The translations under genes and the position numbers were made by a program. From NCBI RefSeq assembly GCF_033153115.1, contig NW_026889786.1, positions 1,302,001 to 1,366,000 of the forward strand: a stretch of DNA of 64,000 bases. The letters run 5' to 3'. The stretch is from Saccostrea echinata (taxonomy: Eukaryota). The notes beneath the pieces were generated by a model, which worked only from the letters and a program-made list of their open reading frames with translations, did no database searches and was not told where the DNA came from. Of the stretch, positions 1 through 12,425 are shown piece by piece; position 1 is the first letter of the stretch; every line of letters begins with the position of its first letter.

Positions 1-688
1 TCAATACAAATCTTGCCCTGTATTTTTCTTAAATATGAAATTGATGTAAAAAATTAAAACTCATGCTTTCTGAATCATTGAAAGTCCATGCGTAAAGATC
101 ATACAAATAATTTTTCTCACATGACCTTCCAAATGCTAATTGTGACGTCATGAACTTGTGCATTTTCCCGTATTTTCTTAAAAAGTTGCAGAAGACATCA
201 ATTTTTAATGAAATTTTCTTTCAGATAATATAGACCACATGCATCGCCCACAAAGATTTTGAGATATGTGATTTTTCAAGGAATTTTACACAACATATCC
301 GAAAATTAAAGTGGGCGACGGCTGTGGACACTATTTTCTTAAGGAAAATAACCCCTGAAATGGGTCATTTTGGGACTATTTCTGCTTATAACAGAGAAAT
401 ACATCAAATAAATTATGTCATATTTCCAGAATGGTCCTCGTTCATGCCATATTTTTTCCTGATTTCTCACAGTCATATATTCAACTCATATTTAAACTAC
501 TTTCAAAACTTTTTGAAAACATTAAGATTTTAGGGCACAATAAAGCCAAAACCGTATCTTCTTCTTTGTGTGGAAATTTAAACCAGAAAGACTAAAAGAA
601 TATGCTCTTAATCACTTAATATCGTTTAGTACTTCTACTAGTCTTTGTGCAAAAAACATGAAATTGATGTGTCAATCCTGGGTCCCTT
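1..688. mobile_element. Right part of a non-autonomous TIR element, Kolobok-like
   Basis: Ends ..ctgggtccct|ttac, like the AGGG..CCCT termini at 46347-46919; internal GACGTCA motif as in the 61966 element. Other end not in the window. Confidence 0.4.
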
Positions 689-1288
689 TACAATTTTCCA
701 GTCTCAAATTCAGATAAAAGTTTATTGCTTATTGGTTCATTATCCTGATAAAATATGTATCTGTCATGGTAACTAGTCTTGTTCATAATATAGCGAGTAC
801 AGCAAGCAACACTGCCAACACAGTGTCCAAAGCATAATGAGTTCTATAGAATAATATGTAAGAAGAGAAGAAATTTGAACTGGAATTTGCACATTGTTCA
901 AACAAATTTTAATGTTCCAGTTCCTAGATTCCCATAAATTCAGCATGGCTACCAAAATTCCTTGCAAACACTAAAAATGGCAGGAAAAAACATGTTCAAC
1001 TAAAAGTTTGTTTTTGCAAAGAGTTAAAAGAAAAAGAATTAAGCATTCTAAAAAAAAAAAATATGAAGGCCTTATGCTAAAATCTGATGCAATGCACATG
1101 CCCAGTTGGAAATGCAAACAATATCTGATGAACGATTTCATGTGAATGTCACAGTTCACAATGAGTAAGTACGGCCTTTTTTTCATCCAAAAAACTAATT
1201 TCAACTGAGATTTGGCTTAGCTGGATATTTGGACTGGTACTTGCACAGAATCTTCAAACAGTGCTTCATAATTTATGTCCCAAAATTC

Positions 1289-1697
1289 TAGGGCTGTGCA
1301 ATAATATCAATATTCAGAAACACTACGATTTGTTGTCAAAAAAAAAAATATCATATTGCGATACCTTTTCTCAGTACTGATATACCAGCAAAATGCTTGG
1401 GCTTGGGATTTCTAAAGTAAAATATGAAATTTAAGATATCAGAAATGTTTTCAATTGTGATAATCAGTAAGGTTGCTGTTGTATGGTTGTATTTTGTTGC
1501 AAAACTGTAGTGAAATCAACAAGAACTTTCTTGTTACAAAGCATTTATAACAGTAATATACACTCTGCTTATAGATGGAGGTTAATAAAATAAGTTAATT
1601 TTAACTGTTATTGAAAATATTGCAATACATATCCCAGTACAGTTAAAAATATCGCAGTATATCGTAACACGAAATTCCTAGCTGATACCCAGCCCTA
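1289..1697. mobile_element. hAT-type MITE
   Basis: TIR tagggctg..cagcccta; 8-bp TSD caaaattc/cataattc (1 mismatch). Confidence 0.7.
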
Positions 1698-2129
1698 CAT
1701 AATTCACACTCAACTTTGGCTGGATTTAGCTAGTTTGTATTTAATAGGCATGTGTAATATGTATTTTGCATAGATTGTGCACAATATATGCACAAGAGTA
1801 ACTATGCAGTTACTCTTGTGCATACATAGATTACTTGAAAAAATAGACTATAGGAACTCTTAAACCTTTCTATATAGATACTAAGTCTGTAAATGGACAC
1901 AAAATACTAGCCCTTCAGCTCTCTGAAGCAAATCAACAAACACCAGAGTCACTAATGACTATGCTGCCACTAATTTTGTAATTTTTGCATCCAAGAGCTC
2001 TTCAGGCTTGCCTGAAATCAAGGGAGACTGTACCGCATCACTAGAAAAGCTAGCTCACCAGTGAGACAGTATACTATTCGCTGCAATACATTACGAAAAG
2101 GTGGATCAAGTTTGAAGTGTATAAAGACT

Positions 2130-2888
2130 AGGGTTGGATACCGTTAAGGATGAAACATTACGATACCATACCGGTATTTTTGAAATGATACAGTATTTTT
2201 AACAATACGGTACTATGCATTGATGAATGAGAATGAGGGTTCATTTTATGACAAATGTGCTTTCACCATTCACTATCCTTTGAATGATATAATATAAAAT
2301 GAGCTTATAAACTTTGTTCCATGCTTTTAAGATATTCCTAATATTCAAATTACAAACATTTCATTTCAACCTTTTAATAATGATCAACAAAACAAATCAA
2401 TTGAATCCGAAACAAATTAATTTGCATAAATCGGCTCACTGCTTCACCTGGTTGCCAGGACCCCTTTTGATTGGTCTCACTAAATGACGAAACATTATAT
2501 AATGGATAGATCACATTTTTGCCTTTTTAATTTACATTTATTATCAGTTTTTATTTGTAAAATTAAAATAAGATTCATGTGAATGTATTTTGATTTTTTT
2601 TTTAAATATACGTATTGATTTACCTCGAATATCGGCAGTCAAAAGTAAGTATCGTTCTAAGAATCCATTTCGTTACATGTAATTAGCCTACCCTTACAAT
2701 GAGCGGAGAATTCGATTTTAGCAAGTTTGGAATGTTTTTTTTTTAAATCAAATTGAATGTATTAAAATGTTTTAAAGATTAAGAAGTACCGTTATTAGTA
2801 CCGGTATTAAATGAAACGGTATTTTACCGGTAATTTTGAAGTAACTATTCGATACGGTATTGGTACCGAGTACCCGTATCCAACCCTA
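2130..2888. mobile_element. hAT-type MITE
   Basis: TIR tagggttggatac..gtatccaacccta; perfect 8-bp TSD ataaagac. Confidence 0.85.
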
Positions 2889-3290
2889 ATAAAGACTTTC
2901 TTAATGTATATCAGAATCATCAAAAAGTAAAACTGCACTCACCCTAATGGTCACAAAGTCCAACATTTTAGCAAATTCTCATCATTCAAAGCTAAAAACC
3001 ACATCTGGTGACCATTATATTTTAATCTAATTTACAATGCAAACAATTAAATCATGGCAACACATTAACCCAAACTAATTTGCTCTTTTAGCCTGTTAGA
3101 GTATAATCATTGAATCTAAATCATATCTACAAGAAACCAGAAACTGAGAAAGAGCAGACGAATTTCAGTAAGCACCTATTTCACTTGAAGAAGTGTGGTT
3201 GATTGCGGTGTATGGTTTTCAATGGTAAAAGATACCTATTGCTTTCAATATTTTCTGCGATGGAAGAATGAAGTTAGCTCAACAACTTAC

Positions 3291-3333
3291 CTTTTAGGGC
3301 TAAGAGGTGTTCTTTTTCTTTCGTGCCTTCCAT
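3291..3333 (-). CDS. TRAPPC13: TRAPPC13 first coding exon (gene continues leftward, probably beyond the window)
   Basis: Reverse strand reads ATG GAA GGC ACG AAA GAA AAA GAA CAC CTC TTA GCC CTA AAA G|gtaagt = MEGTKEKEHLLALK plus a phase-1 perfect donor; matches the recalled TRAPPC13 N-terminus (..KQEHLLALKVMRLTKP). Too short for the ORF track. Confidence 0.8.
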
Positions 3334-3670
3334 GATTGGCACAGATATTGATAGCTTGTACCATTTCTCAATTTGGTATACGGTAAATCTAGTAGCTCGC
3401 ACCCCAAAAAAAAACCAACAAAACAACAAAATTGAGAGATTGCATTAATATGAAAGAGTTTTTGCATTTATCTATAATATATCAATATTACAAAATATAT
3501 TTGAGTACCCAAGTTATATTAAACTGCAAACAGTGTGTAAAATGATAATCGTTAGATTTTTCTTTGTACCGAATATTTTATGTTTTAGTTACTAGATATT
3601 GAAAAACCGGAAGTGAACTGTGGTAAACCAAGTTGAAAACTTGGGCCGTGCCGGAATATTTTATGCAATC
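3334..3670. promoter_or_regulatory. Bidirectional promoter region TRAPPC13/COA7 with ETS(GABP)-type motif ACCGGAAGTG at 3606-3615
   Basis: Divergent ATGs 338 bp apart; consensus CCGGAAGTG present. Confidence 0.65.
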
Positions 3671-6600
3671 ATGTCTCGAGGAAACTCGGAATATGACCTG
3701 AGAGATGCTAGTCAAGTAAAAGAATATCTCCAGAACGTCCTTATAGAATACCAGTATAGTTGCTTTAAGGAGGAAGATCCTACAGGTATGAGATTTTCAG
3801 TATCATCAACACATCAACATTTTGCTTCACTTACATAATGGCATGATACTAACAGTGTGATTTTAATAGACTTGTTATTTATTATTAATGATGAATAGAT
3901 GTTTTTAAAGGTGAATGTATATCAATTAATACTACGCAGATTGATCTGTTCTCTTACTATTCTTTCTTTAATTCAACATCTTTGTGGATCATCACAGTAT
4001 ACAAATGTAACACTAGATTATTGAGATTGCATAAGCTGACAAGGTATTTGTAGACAAGCAGTAAATACAACTGAAATTACACTGCCTATAAATCAGAATC
4101 TTTTCATTTCATTGTAACGTTTATCATTACATTGAATATGTTTATGTTTGTATGGTTTTATCTGGAGTACATTCAATTTTCCCAATTAATGTTTCCCAAC
4201 TGCTTACTAATGTGGTATGTACATGTGCATGTACTAGCTTTGTTAGAGAATTACCTGGATTCTCTATTTTAACAGTACTTTCCCTGTACTTGACTGGCTA
4301 TTGCCATGACTTCCTGTCAACTGTCATTAGAAATTAAAGTTTTCATAAATAGGAAACATTACAGGGATGGGGTAATTGTAATTAGTATTTGTAATTGAGC
4401 GTAATTAATTACATTTTTTAAATTAATTGGAAGTAATTTGTATTTGAGCCAGTCTTCAATTACAAGTAATTGAATGTATTTAAATACATTTCCAAAAATG
4501 TCATGTATTTTCAATTACTTTTCAATTACATTTCAATTACTATTTTGTAAGTTATAAGTTTAAAAAGGTGTCTTTTCAAGATACACAGTTCAGTATACCT
4601 GTGTGGCATGGGCTTGTGTTTGTGCAACAATTAAATGTCTCAGAAAGTTTATTTGTTTATACAGCATGTCACACTGCCCAGGGCAATAGGTAGAGGTCTA
4701 ATTTTGTCCAGATGTGAACCCCTCTTATACCCAAGAACAATCAAAGTACTCAGAAGTACAGAGAGCCGGGCTCACTTACATAGTAGTGAACAAAGACTGA
4801 TTGAATTAAGTCAACTAATCAGTTATCCAGATTTATTTTTAGTTGTTTGTTTACTTTACATCTGAGAAATTTTCACTCACAGTTACACTCCACCTAGTAC
4901 CTATGTCAGCACCTACTGAAAATTTTCACTCACAGTTATACTCCACCTAGTACCTATGTCAGCACCTACTGAAAATTTTCACTCACAGTTACACTCCACC
5001 TAGCACCTATGTCAGCACCTACTGAAAATTTTCACTCACAGTTACAATCCACCTAGCACCTATGTCAGCACCTACTGAAAATTTTCACTCACAGTTACAC
5101 TCCACCTAGCACCTATGTCAGCACCTACTGAAAATTTTCACTCACAGTTACACTCCACCTAGCACCTATGTCAGCACCTACTGAAAATTTCGTACAAACT
5201 ACTAAATCATTGCCAAATAGCCATGGCATCATTGATTTTAGTTATATATACAGTATTCACTGCAATTCACACAGCCCATGAAAACTAACAATTAACAAAT
5301 TTACAATTTTTCTTTCATTTGAGTTTGCTATGTACTGCCGGACGTTGTATTGTGCTCAAAATAAATGTCACTACGATACCACACTCCACAGAAAAAAATA
5401 GTATCTCTCTTTAAAAAATAGTATAAATTAAAAAATGTTTAAAAAACTAAATAAAATGTAGCTAGAATTTAACAGCGTAAACAATATTTATCACATGTAT
5501 CGTTTCGGGGTCTTATATACCTCTTACAGAATGAAATATATGGAGATAACGAACAGTATCCAAGCTCAAAAGTCCATTATACAATACAAAATAGGAGCAG
5601 AGCAAACACGGACCTCCAAACATCAGAGGTGGGACCAGGTGCCATGGACGAGCAAGCATCCCCCGCCGACCGGTCACACCCGCCGTGCGCTCCCTGTCAT
5701 GATCGGGAAATAACGGAAAAATCCGTCGACAACCCAGTGTGTAAATAATGGCTTAACAATTAGTATGAAAAACGTCAGTCATCATTTGACTCAATGATAA
5801 ATTGTATTTGCTGACAAGGTCATTGTATCGACCACAGAACCCACGAAACGATGACTCTAAACGAGAAAGCCGATATTCTTGTTTCATCAACCTATTTGTC
5901 AATAATTTACCTCGCCCCAGAAACTGCACATACGCAGAGCATGCTCTTGCGCATCGAATCAACTGAGAGATATATACCCCGTATGCAGGTGACGAAGGTA
6001 TATTGCTGCATAAGTAAGGGAAGTTGATGATTGAAAAGTTAAAGTCATCACGTTTATCATAGAGCTTGGCTGCCAGATTACCATTAACGTCTTTTTCAAG
6101 TAAAATATCCAAATATGAAACAGATGTGTCAGACTCTGTGGTATCTTTTATCTCAAGTTCACCAGGATACACCGTATCGACATAAGAATGAAAATAGCCA
6201 TTGCCAATTGACAATACGTCGTCGATATATCTAAATGTCGAGTTGAACGCCACAGCAAGTGTTTTCTTCTTTTCACGTACAAGATTTTGGACAAATTCTG
6301 CTTCATATGAATACAAAAAAAAAGAAGTAAATAAACATTGATGCAGCAAGATTAAGGTCAAACATTTATGCACAGATGGGTCCTCAGCGGGAAGTATTGC
6401 TTCAAAGTGTACATCAGGTCACATGCTCCCCACATTAGTGTTTGCCTGGTAACACAACCTTCAATTATTTATAGAATGTGAAGCAGACAGGGGGGCATGA
6501 TAAAAACCCTTCGCATATTTTAAATCAATGATTAATCAGAGAAGAGGGGAGAAAGTATAGTTACCATATAATTTTTCTTTTTTGAGAATGTCACATTACT

Positions 6601-8870
6601 TTGTTTAATTTAGTGATTGTATTGCCTCAAAGGTGATTGAGCATACGTACTATATTCTTACTCGCAAATTTGGCGGTGAGGAAGCAGCATTTCCGGTTGA
6701 ATACCGTAACAAAAAGCGGGTATTGCTCTACGAGCAATGAGCCCGGCTAAAAACACTGAATAAAAGTTCACTATAGTAAAAAACTTATTCAGAACCAATC
6801 ATGAATTCAATAGTATTTGATGAATTTAATGTCCCAGAAAATGTTTCTGAAAATTTTAAAGTCAAAATCATTCCACGTTTCCTTGTCTTTCTCGGTTAGC
6901 CCAAAGGTATTTAGCTGTACCAGCGACTTCAGTACCCGTTGAAAGACTTTTCAGCATGGCTGGAAAACTGTTCAGACCAGAAAGACATCGTTTGAGTGAT
7001 GCTGTGTTTGAAAATCTGATGATGATTAAAATGAACTCATAACAGTAAAAACATTTCAGTACATAATACTTTGTGTATCCCAATGCCGTTTATATATGTA
7101 ATCTCAAGATTTTTTAAAAATAAAACTTAAGTAATTGAAATGTATTTAATTACATTTGTCAAAGTAATTGAGAGTAATTAATTACATTTGAAAAAATCAA
7201 TGTAATTGTAATTGTAAGTAATTGACAAAATTATCAATGTATTTGAAAGTAATTAATTACATTTCAAAGTAATTGAGCCCAACCCTGAAACATTAAGTTC
7301 TAGTATTAAAATCTAAATGTTTTTAAAAATTATACTTTGATCGACTCATTGAAGTCAATGGGAGTGTGAAAGAGTGCAGTAGTCTTGAGTACCACCTGTA
7401 CTTTACAGTATGTAGTAAAGTTATATGTCTGATAATATCTAATAACTATAAGTTTTTATTTTATTTGCTTTAGGTTGCCACCGTCTAGGGTACTTCCATG
7501 GTTATGTAGACAAGGATAAAGAAGATGCCAAGGAGAAGGCAAAACAAATATTCAAAATGAATTGTGAAAAATACAAGTTTGGCCAAAGCTGCGATTCTCT
7601 GGCTGGTATGATTCTGCATGATAAAAAATGTGAGTATATATTGTGATAAAATATACTGCAAATCTTGCTTATAAAGGACTTGGTATCAGTACAATTAAGG
7701 ACTTATTGTGGCTAAAAGATACTTCAGTTATCAGGAACTAAATATAGGTGCCCCAGGAATTCCCTATAAAGAACTTTTACTGTACATTTGTGAAATGTCA
7801 AGCAAGACTCAACTTCAAGTTAAGATATAAACTGTGTTCTTTATGGGCTGAATTTTCTGTATTTTTTGAAAATCTTTTGTTTTATTTTTTTTTCTTTTTG
7901 TCAAAAATTTTTATGGAAATAGTACTTGTGTGTTATCAGTCTAATATTGAGTATTGAGTTTTTGTGGTAAGCACATGATCAGTTAAGTAGTGAAAACAAA
8001 CCAATTCATAGAATTTTGGTACCCCCTTTTGAGTCTTATTGATAGTGGAGCAGTGTTTTTTTTTGTTTTTTTTTTTAGCATATTGTAACTATCTTGTCTG
8101 CCCATAATACTTGATAAAGCTTTGTATTTTAAAGAATTATATTCTGGTGCAAAAGTTATGACCAAGATTAACTTCAAGGTCAAGGTCATGAGATTATTCA
8201 GAAAGGTCTTGTCATAAGTGATGCGTATGTAAAAAAAAAAAATTGAACCCCCTTTGTCTGCTACAAAAGTTAATGCCAAGGTTAAAATGTTTGAAAAGTA
8301 GGTCAAACTTCAAGGTCAAGGTCATGAGGGCAAAATCATAATACATTTAGAAGAGTTTTGTCAGAGGTAATGCACATGTAAAAGTCTGAAAACCCTGTCT
8401 TTTCAGGTACAAAAGCTATTTACATGGTTAAAATTTTTAATGTTAAAGGTTAAACTTTCTCAAATGCAAATCAAATATGTTGGTACCCAAAGTAAGGTCT
8501 TTTCTCAAGGAATATACCTGTGAAATATGAAAGCCCTAGCAGCAACCATTGAATAAATATGGAAAAGGTTAAAGTTTTCCAAAAGTAAGTCAGACATCAA
8601 GGTCATGGTCAAATGGTCAAAATTAATAATACCCAAGGAAATGCTTTTTTCACAAGAAATACACATGTGAAGTATGAAAGCCCTATTTCCAACCATTCAA
8701 AAGTTATGGCCAAGTTTAAATTTTCCAAAAGTAGGTCAAACTCCAAGGTAAAGGTCAGGGTCAAAGTTGTTAGTATCCAAGGTAAGGTCTTGTCACAAGG
8801 ATAACATATGGAAAGTATGAAAGCCCTAGCACAAACGATTCAAAAGTAATGGCCAAGGTTAATGTTTTCC

Positions 8871-8901
<31 letters not shown>

Positions 8902-10898
8902 ATGGACTATAATTGTTGGCATCCAAAGGAAGGTCTTGTCACAAGGAATACACATATGAAATATAAAAGTCCTAGCACAAACTGTTCAAAATTTATGGCC
9001 AAGGTTAAAGTTTTCCAAAAGTAGGTCAAACTCCAAGGTCAAGGTGAAAGGGTTAAAGTTGTTGGTATCCATAGAAGGGTCTTGTAACAAGGATTACATA
9101 TATGAAGTATGAAAGCCCTAGCTTCAACCATTCAAAAGTTATGGCCAAGGTTAAAGTTTTTAAAAAGTAGGTAAAACTCCTAAGTCAAGGTCAAATGGTC
9201 AAAGTTGTTGGTATCGAAAGTAAGGTCTTGTCACAAGGATTACACATGTGAAGTATGAAAGCCCTGGCACCAATTGTTCAAAAGTTATGGCCAAAGTTAA
9301 AGTTCAGTAAATTTTAGCAAAACTGGTGCTAACTCCAACGTCAAGGTCAAAAGGTAAAAAATGATGGCACCCAAAGAAAGGTCTTGTCACAAGGAATACG
9401 CATGTGAAATAAGAAAGCCATAGCTCCAACCAATCAAAAGTTATGGGCAATGTTAAAGTTTTTGTGGACAAACAGACAAATAGACTGACAGACATGGCAA
9501 AAACTATATACCCCCAAATCTGCAATATGGGGGAATAAAGAAATAAAAGTACATTCAGAAAGGCCTTCACACAGTAATGCATATGTAAAAAATGAAAGCC
9601 CTATCTTCTCTCAAGCAGAAGTAATGACTAAGGTGCAAGTTTTTGTGACAGGCAGAGGAATGAGATTTAATGTCCCTGGGCTGTTGCAAAAAGCAGAGAG
9701 AACAATTAATAATTCCAAACAAAAAAGGAAAGGAGTGAAGAATGAAATGTCTTAAAACTAGGGATGGCAACGAATATTCGAACATTCGAATATTCATTCG
9801 ATGAGTCGATATTCGAATATGAATTTAAGATTCGAATATTCGGTGTTTCTCAGATTTCATAAAAAGAAGTACTGTGATTAATAAATTTCGCTATGAACAG
9901 AGCTGGAATTATCTCTGTTTAATTTACTAGCGATCAATTTCGATCGCTTGATTTCTTTCACTGCTTTCTTATCTTACAGATTTACTAAATTACATGTATT
10001 TTGTTTTGAATAAGGTGTTAAAGAATTGTACAATAATGCTCTATGTATTGAAATCTGAACAATATACCGTTACGACTATCTTGCCTTTGGTAAGACGACT
10101 GGTTCCTCAGTTGGAGGTACTATAAATACACATGTTTCCTTTGTTAAAATTATACTTTTCTATATTTAAATCAATTATTTATTTCAAACATTGACAAATA
10201 TCAAATGGAATTCCTTACTGTACAACTACAAAAGTCTTCATACAATTTTACTTCCAATATAAGTATACTACGCTAAACCTGTCATGAGTAGGATGATGCA
10301 TATTTAAAATAAAACTGATTTTATTTATTTTATCGAATATTCGAATATATTCGAATACTTTCATTGAATATTCGAATATGAATTATTGACAAAATTGACA
10401 TCCCTACTTAAAACCAATACAAATTTGTTTTTTCCTGTAAATTAATGTCAATTGATTTTTGCAGATTTGACAGAAAAGGCAGACAGGGATGATATCATAA
10501 AATATTTCAAATTGGCCTGTGATAATCATTATTATACAGCGTGTAAAAATTTGGGTGTTCTGATGCTAGACAAAAATGAAATTTGGAAGGACTACCATGA
10601 CACAAAGAAAGGGAGAGAACTTCTACACATGGCATGTGAGAAGAAAAATGTGGACAGTTGTTACATTCTTCAAAGACTCTATAGTAAGAAATCTCCAGAA
10701 AAAACATTGGAATATGCATTAAAAGGCTGTGAGTTAGACGATGGAAAATCCTGTGTCACAGCTTATCAATTATACCTCAAAGGATTTGGAGTAGAGAAAA
10801 ACACTGAATTAGCCAACTTCTATAAGGAGAGAGCGAGTTACATACAGAGACATCATATTGCAACAAAACCAGATGAATCTACAAGAGTGACTATGTGA
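3671..10898 (+). CDS. COA7: Cytochrome c oxidase assembly factor 7 (Sel1-repeat, Cys-rich), 3 exons, 234 aa
   Basis: Exons 3671-3785, 7474-7629, 10465-10898 (705 nt, phases consistent). [69 protein letters not shown] follows the COA7 pattern (HCYHEKDPDGCYRL..KFNCEE..ACHNVG..KACDLG). Confidence 0.9.
4867..5190. repeat. 53-bp minisatellite, ~6 copies
   Basis: Unit aaattttcactcacagttacactccacctagcacctatgtcagcacctactga starting at 4867, 4920, 4973, 5026, 5079, 5132. Confidence 0.95.
5531..6322 (-). mobile_element. 5'-truncated Penelope-like retroelement (RT C-terminal part plus 3' UTR)
   Basis: ORF 5753-6373: LYSYEAEF..FRYIDDVL..YLDI..LYDKRDDFNFSIINFPYLCSNIP..AYGVYISQLIR.ARACS. Stop at 5753, then a GC-rich tail. 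Confidence 0.85.
6866..7042 (+). pseudogene. hAT transposase C-terminal dimerization domain remnant
   Basis: Translates FPCLSRLAQRYLAVPATSVPVERLFSMAGKLFRPERHRLSDAVFENLMMIKMNS*, the classic hATC motif (P.TS...ER.FS). No ATG or upstream catalytic core. Confidence 0.9.
8140..9540. repeat. 146-bp tandem array (aaggtcaaggtca family), Helentron-associated type, in COA7 intron 2
   Basis: ggtcttgtcacaagg recurs at 8786, 8932, 9078, 9224 (period 146); ends in a gaca microsatellite and a cccc..gggg hairpin. Confidence 0.8.
9759..10406. mobile_element. hAT-type MITE
   Basis: TIR tagggatggcaa..ttgacatcccta; perfect 8-bp TSD cttaaaac; subterminal cgaatattcg palindromes. Confidence 0.85.
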
Positions 10899-12425
10899 TG
10901 TAGTTGAAATTTAGAAATTAATTAAAAAAAATATGAGCAAATTAAAGCACTGTCAGTTTCAGTTTGTGATATATGTAATCAAGGTTATTAAAAACCTTAA
11001 TTTGTTCTTCATGTACCTGATATGTTTTCACATATTTCTATGGCAAGCTAACAAAGGTATACTTTAATATATATTGATGAAAGATATGAGCCTGTCACTT
11101 TATTCATGTTCTTTATGGAATTTACTTACAGCTTTTATTTTAAGATTATATATTCTGGATCCTTTTATGTTTATTTGACGTCTACACAAAGGCACCACAA
11201 AAGCAGATCATACCCTCTCCTCCCAACATGATTTTATTAACATGTTGTTCACAATATGGTGTAATGAACACCAACCACTGTCCTTGACCTTTGATATTTA
11301 GGTTCTGGAATCAAAAAGCTTCTTCCCTTGAACACCATGCAGCTCTGTAGAAAGTATATGTAAAGTATACCTCAATGCAGTGCTACAGGTTGCTAGTCAC
11401 CAAAAGGTTTAATGTGATTGGTCGAGAGATAAGAAAAAAGGGTAAGGATTTATAATTTCCCTGAAAAACATCACTGCAGTTAGCCCATAAAATATTGAAT
11501 GAAATTTATCAGGGGTCCAACAGCCATGGGTAGACTCGGGACCCGTGACGTTATGAGGATGATAACTTAAGTGCTAGACATCTAGCTCCCTTGAAAGGAC
11601 CAGTAAACTATCTGCAAGGGTCAAATTTTGGATAAAATATCTCACAATATTTCACAATATTTCATTTTTTAAAATAATGTAAGGTAGTCATGTAGAAAAG
11701 ATGATAGGTTAATAAACATTTAATTCAAATGGGAAAATTTTTTCGTACCATTTGATGCTAAGCAGTAACAAAGGTGGCCATTTATGATTCTTCTGACCCT
11801 TAAATGAATAGGTTTGTACCCATGGTTTCCTGACACCTCTGTAGCAAGGTCAAATATCTAAAGTTTATAAAATTTTGGGTTCTTACAAGGAAAAAAAGTA
11901 GGAACTAGACCCTTCTATTTTTACAAATACTGTGGATCTGTTACTTTCTTCTTTAAATCCTGGTTTGCAGATATATGTTTCTGGAGATATCAATCATTGT
12001 TTGTATATAAGGAATATCATCCAATGTTTTACTTTATTTTTTATTTCAATTTTTATTATAAATACATGAACATATTTAAAATATTTATCACAGACAGGAA
12101 GATTGTAAACACAGTTACTCATATAGCCTTCAAAACTTTGTTTCAAATATTCCATGATCATGAGAACTAAAATATATATCTGTAGGGACTTGCAGGCAGC
12201 TTATAGAAAATCACAGAAAGAAGACTGGGAGATCCTGTTTTAGTCTAACTGTAAATGTAAATGTGTAAAAGGCATCTCAAAAAGTTTTCACTGAAAAAGG
12301 TGCAAAATAATTTATGAAATATGTCCAGCACTGTAAGACTGTAAGGTCAGTTAATACTAATTGTTCTCTCATTACATAAAAAAGTTTTAAACCAAGCAAG
12401 CCTTCACTTATACTTGTATAACACA

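Larger units (their letters stand above)
4362..7287 (+). mobile_element. Internally deleted hAT transposon in COA7 intron 1, with nested inserts
   Basis: TIR cagggatggg..cccaaccctg; perfect 8-bp TSD aaacatta; subterminal gtaatt repeats; transposase remnant at 6866-7042. Confidence 0.9.

Noticed and set aside
2010-2050. Possible TRAPPC13 exon 2 (minus strand ttttctag|TG ATG CGG = V-M-R)
   Set aside because: It continues YSLP* instead of LTKP. A 7-nt microexon with a weak gtacag donor cannot be excluded, but a chance match is plausible.
4867-5190. Regular repeats resembling a CRISPR array
   Set aside because: Head-to-tail 53-bp units with no unique spacers, in a eukaryotic intron, with no cas genes.
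5490-5530. Hammerhead-like motif (ctgtaaga..gaaac, minus strand) beside the PLE 3' end
   Set aside because: The core deviates from CUGANGA and there is no valid stem III/NUH cleavage triplet.
5600-5710. SECIS candidate in the PLE tail
   Set aside because: ATGA..GA is present but helix II pairing and the apical AA are not convincing, and the fragment has no in-frame TGA.
7983-9797. Several short ORFs
   Set aside because: Translations of the 146-bp satellite and MITE sequence, with no protein motifs.
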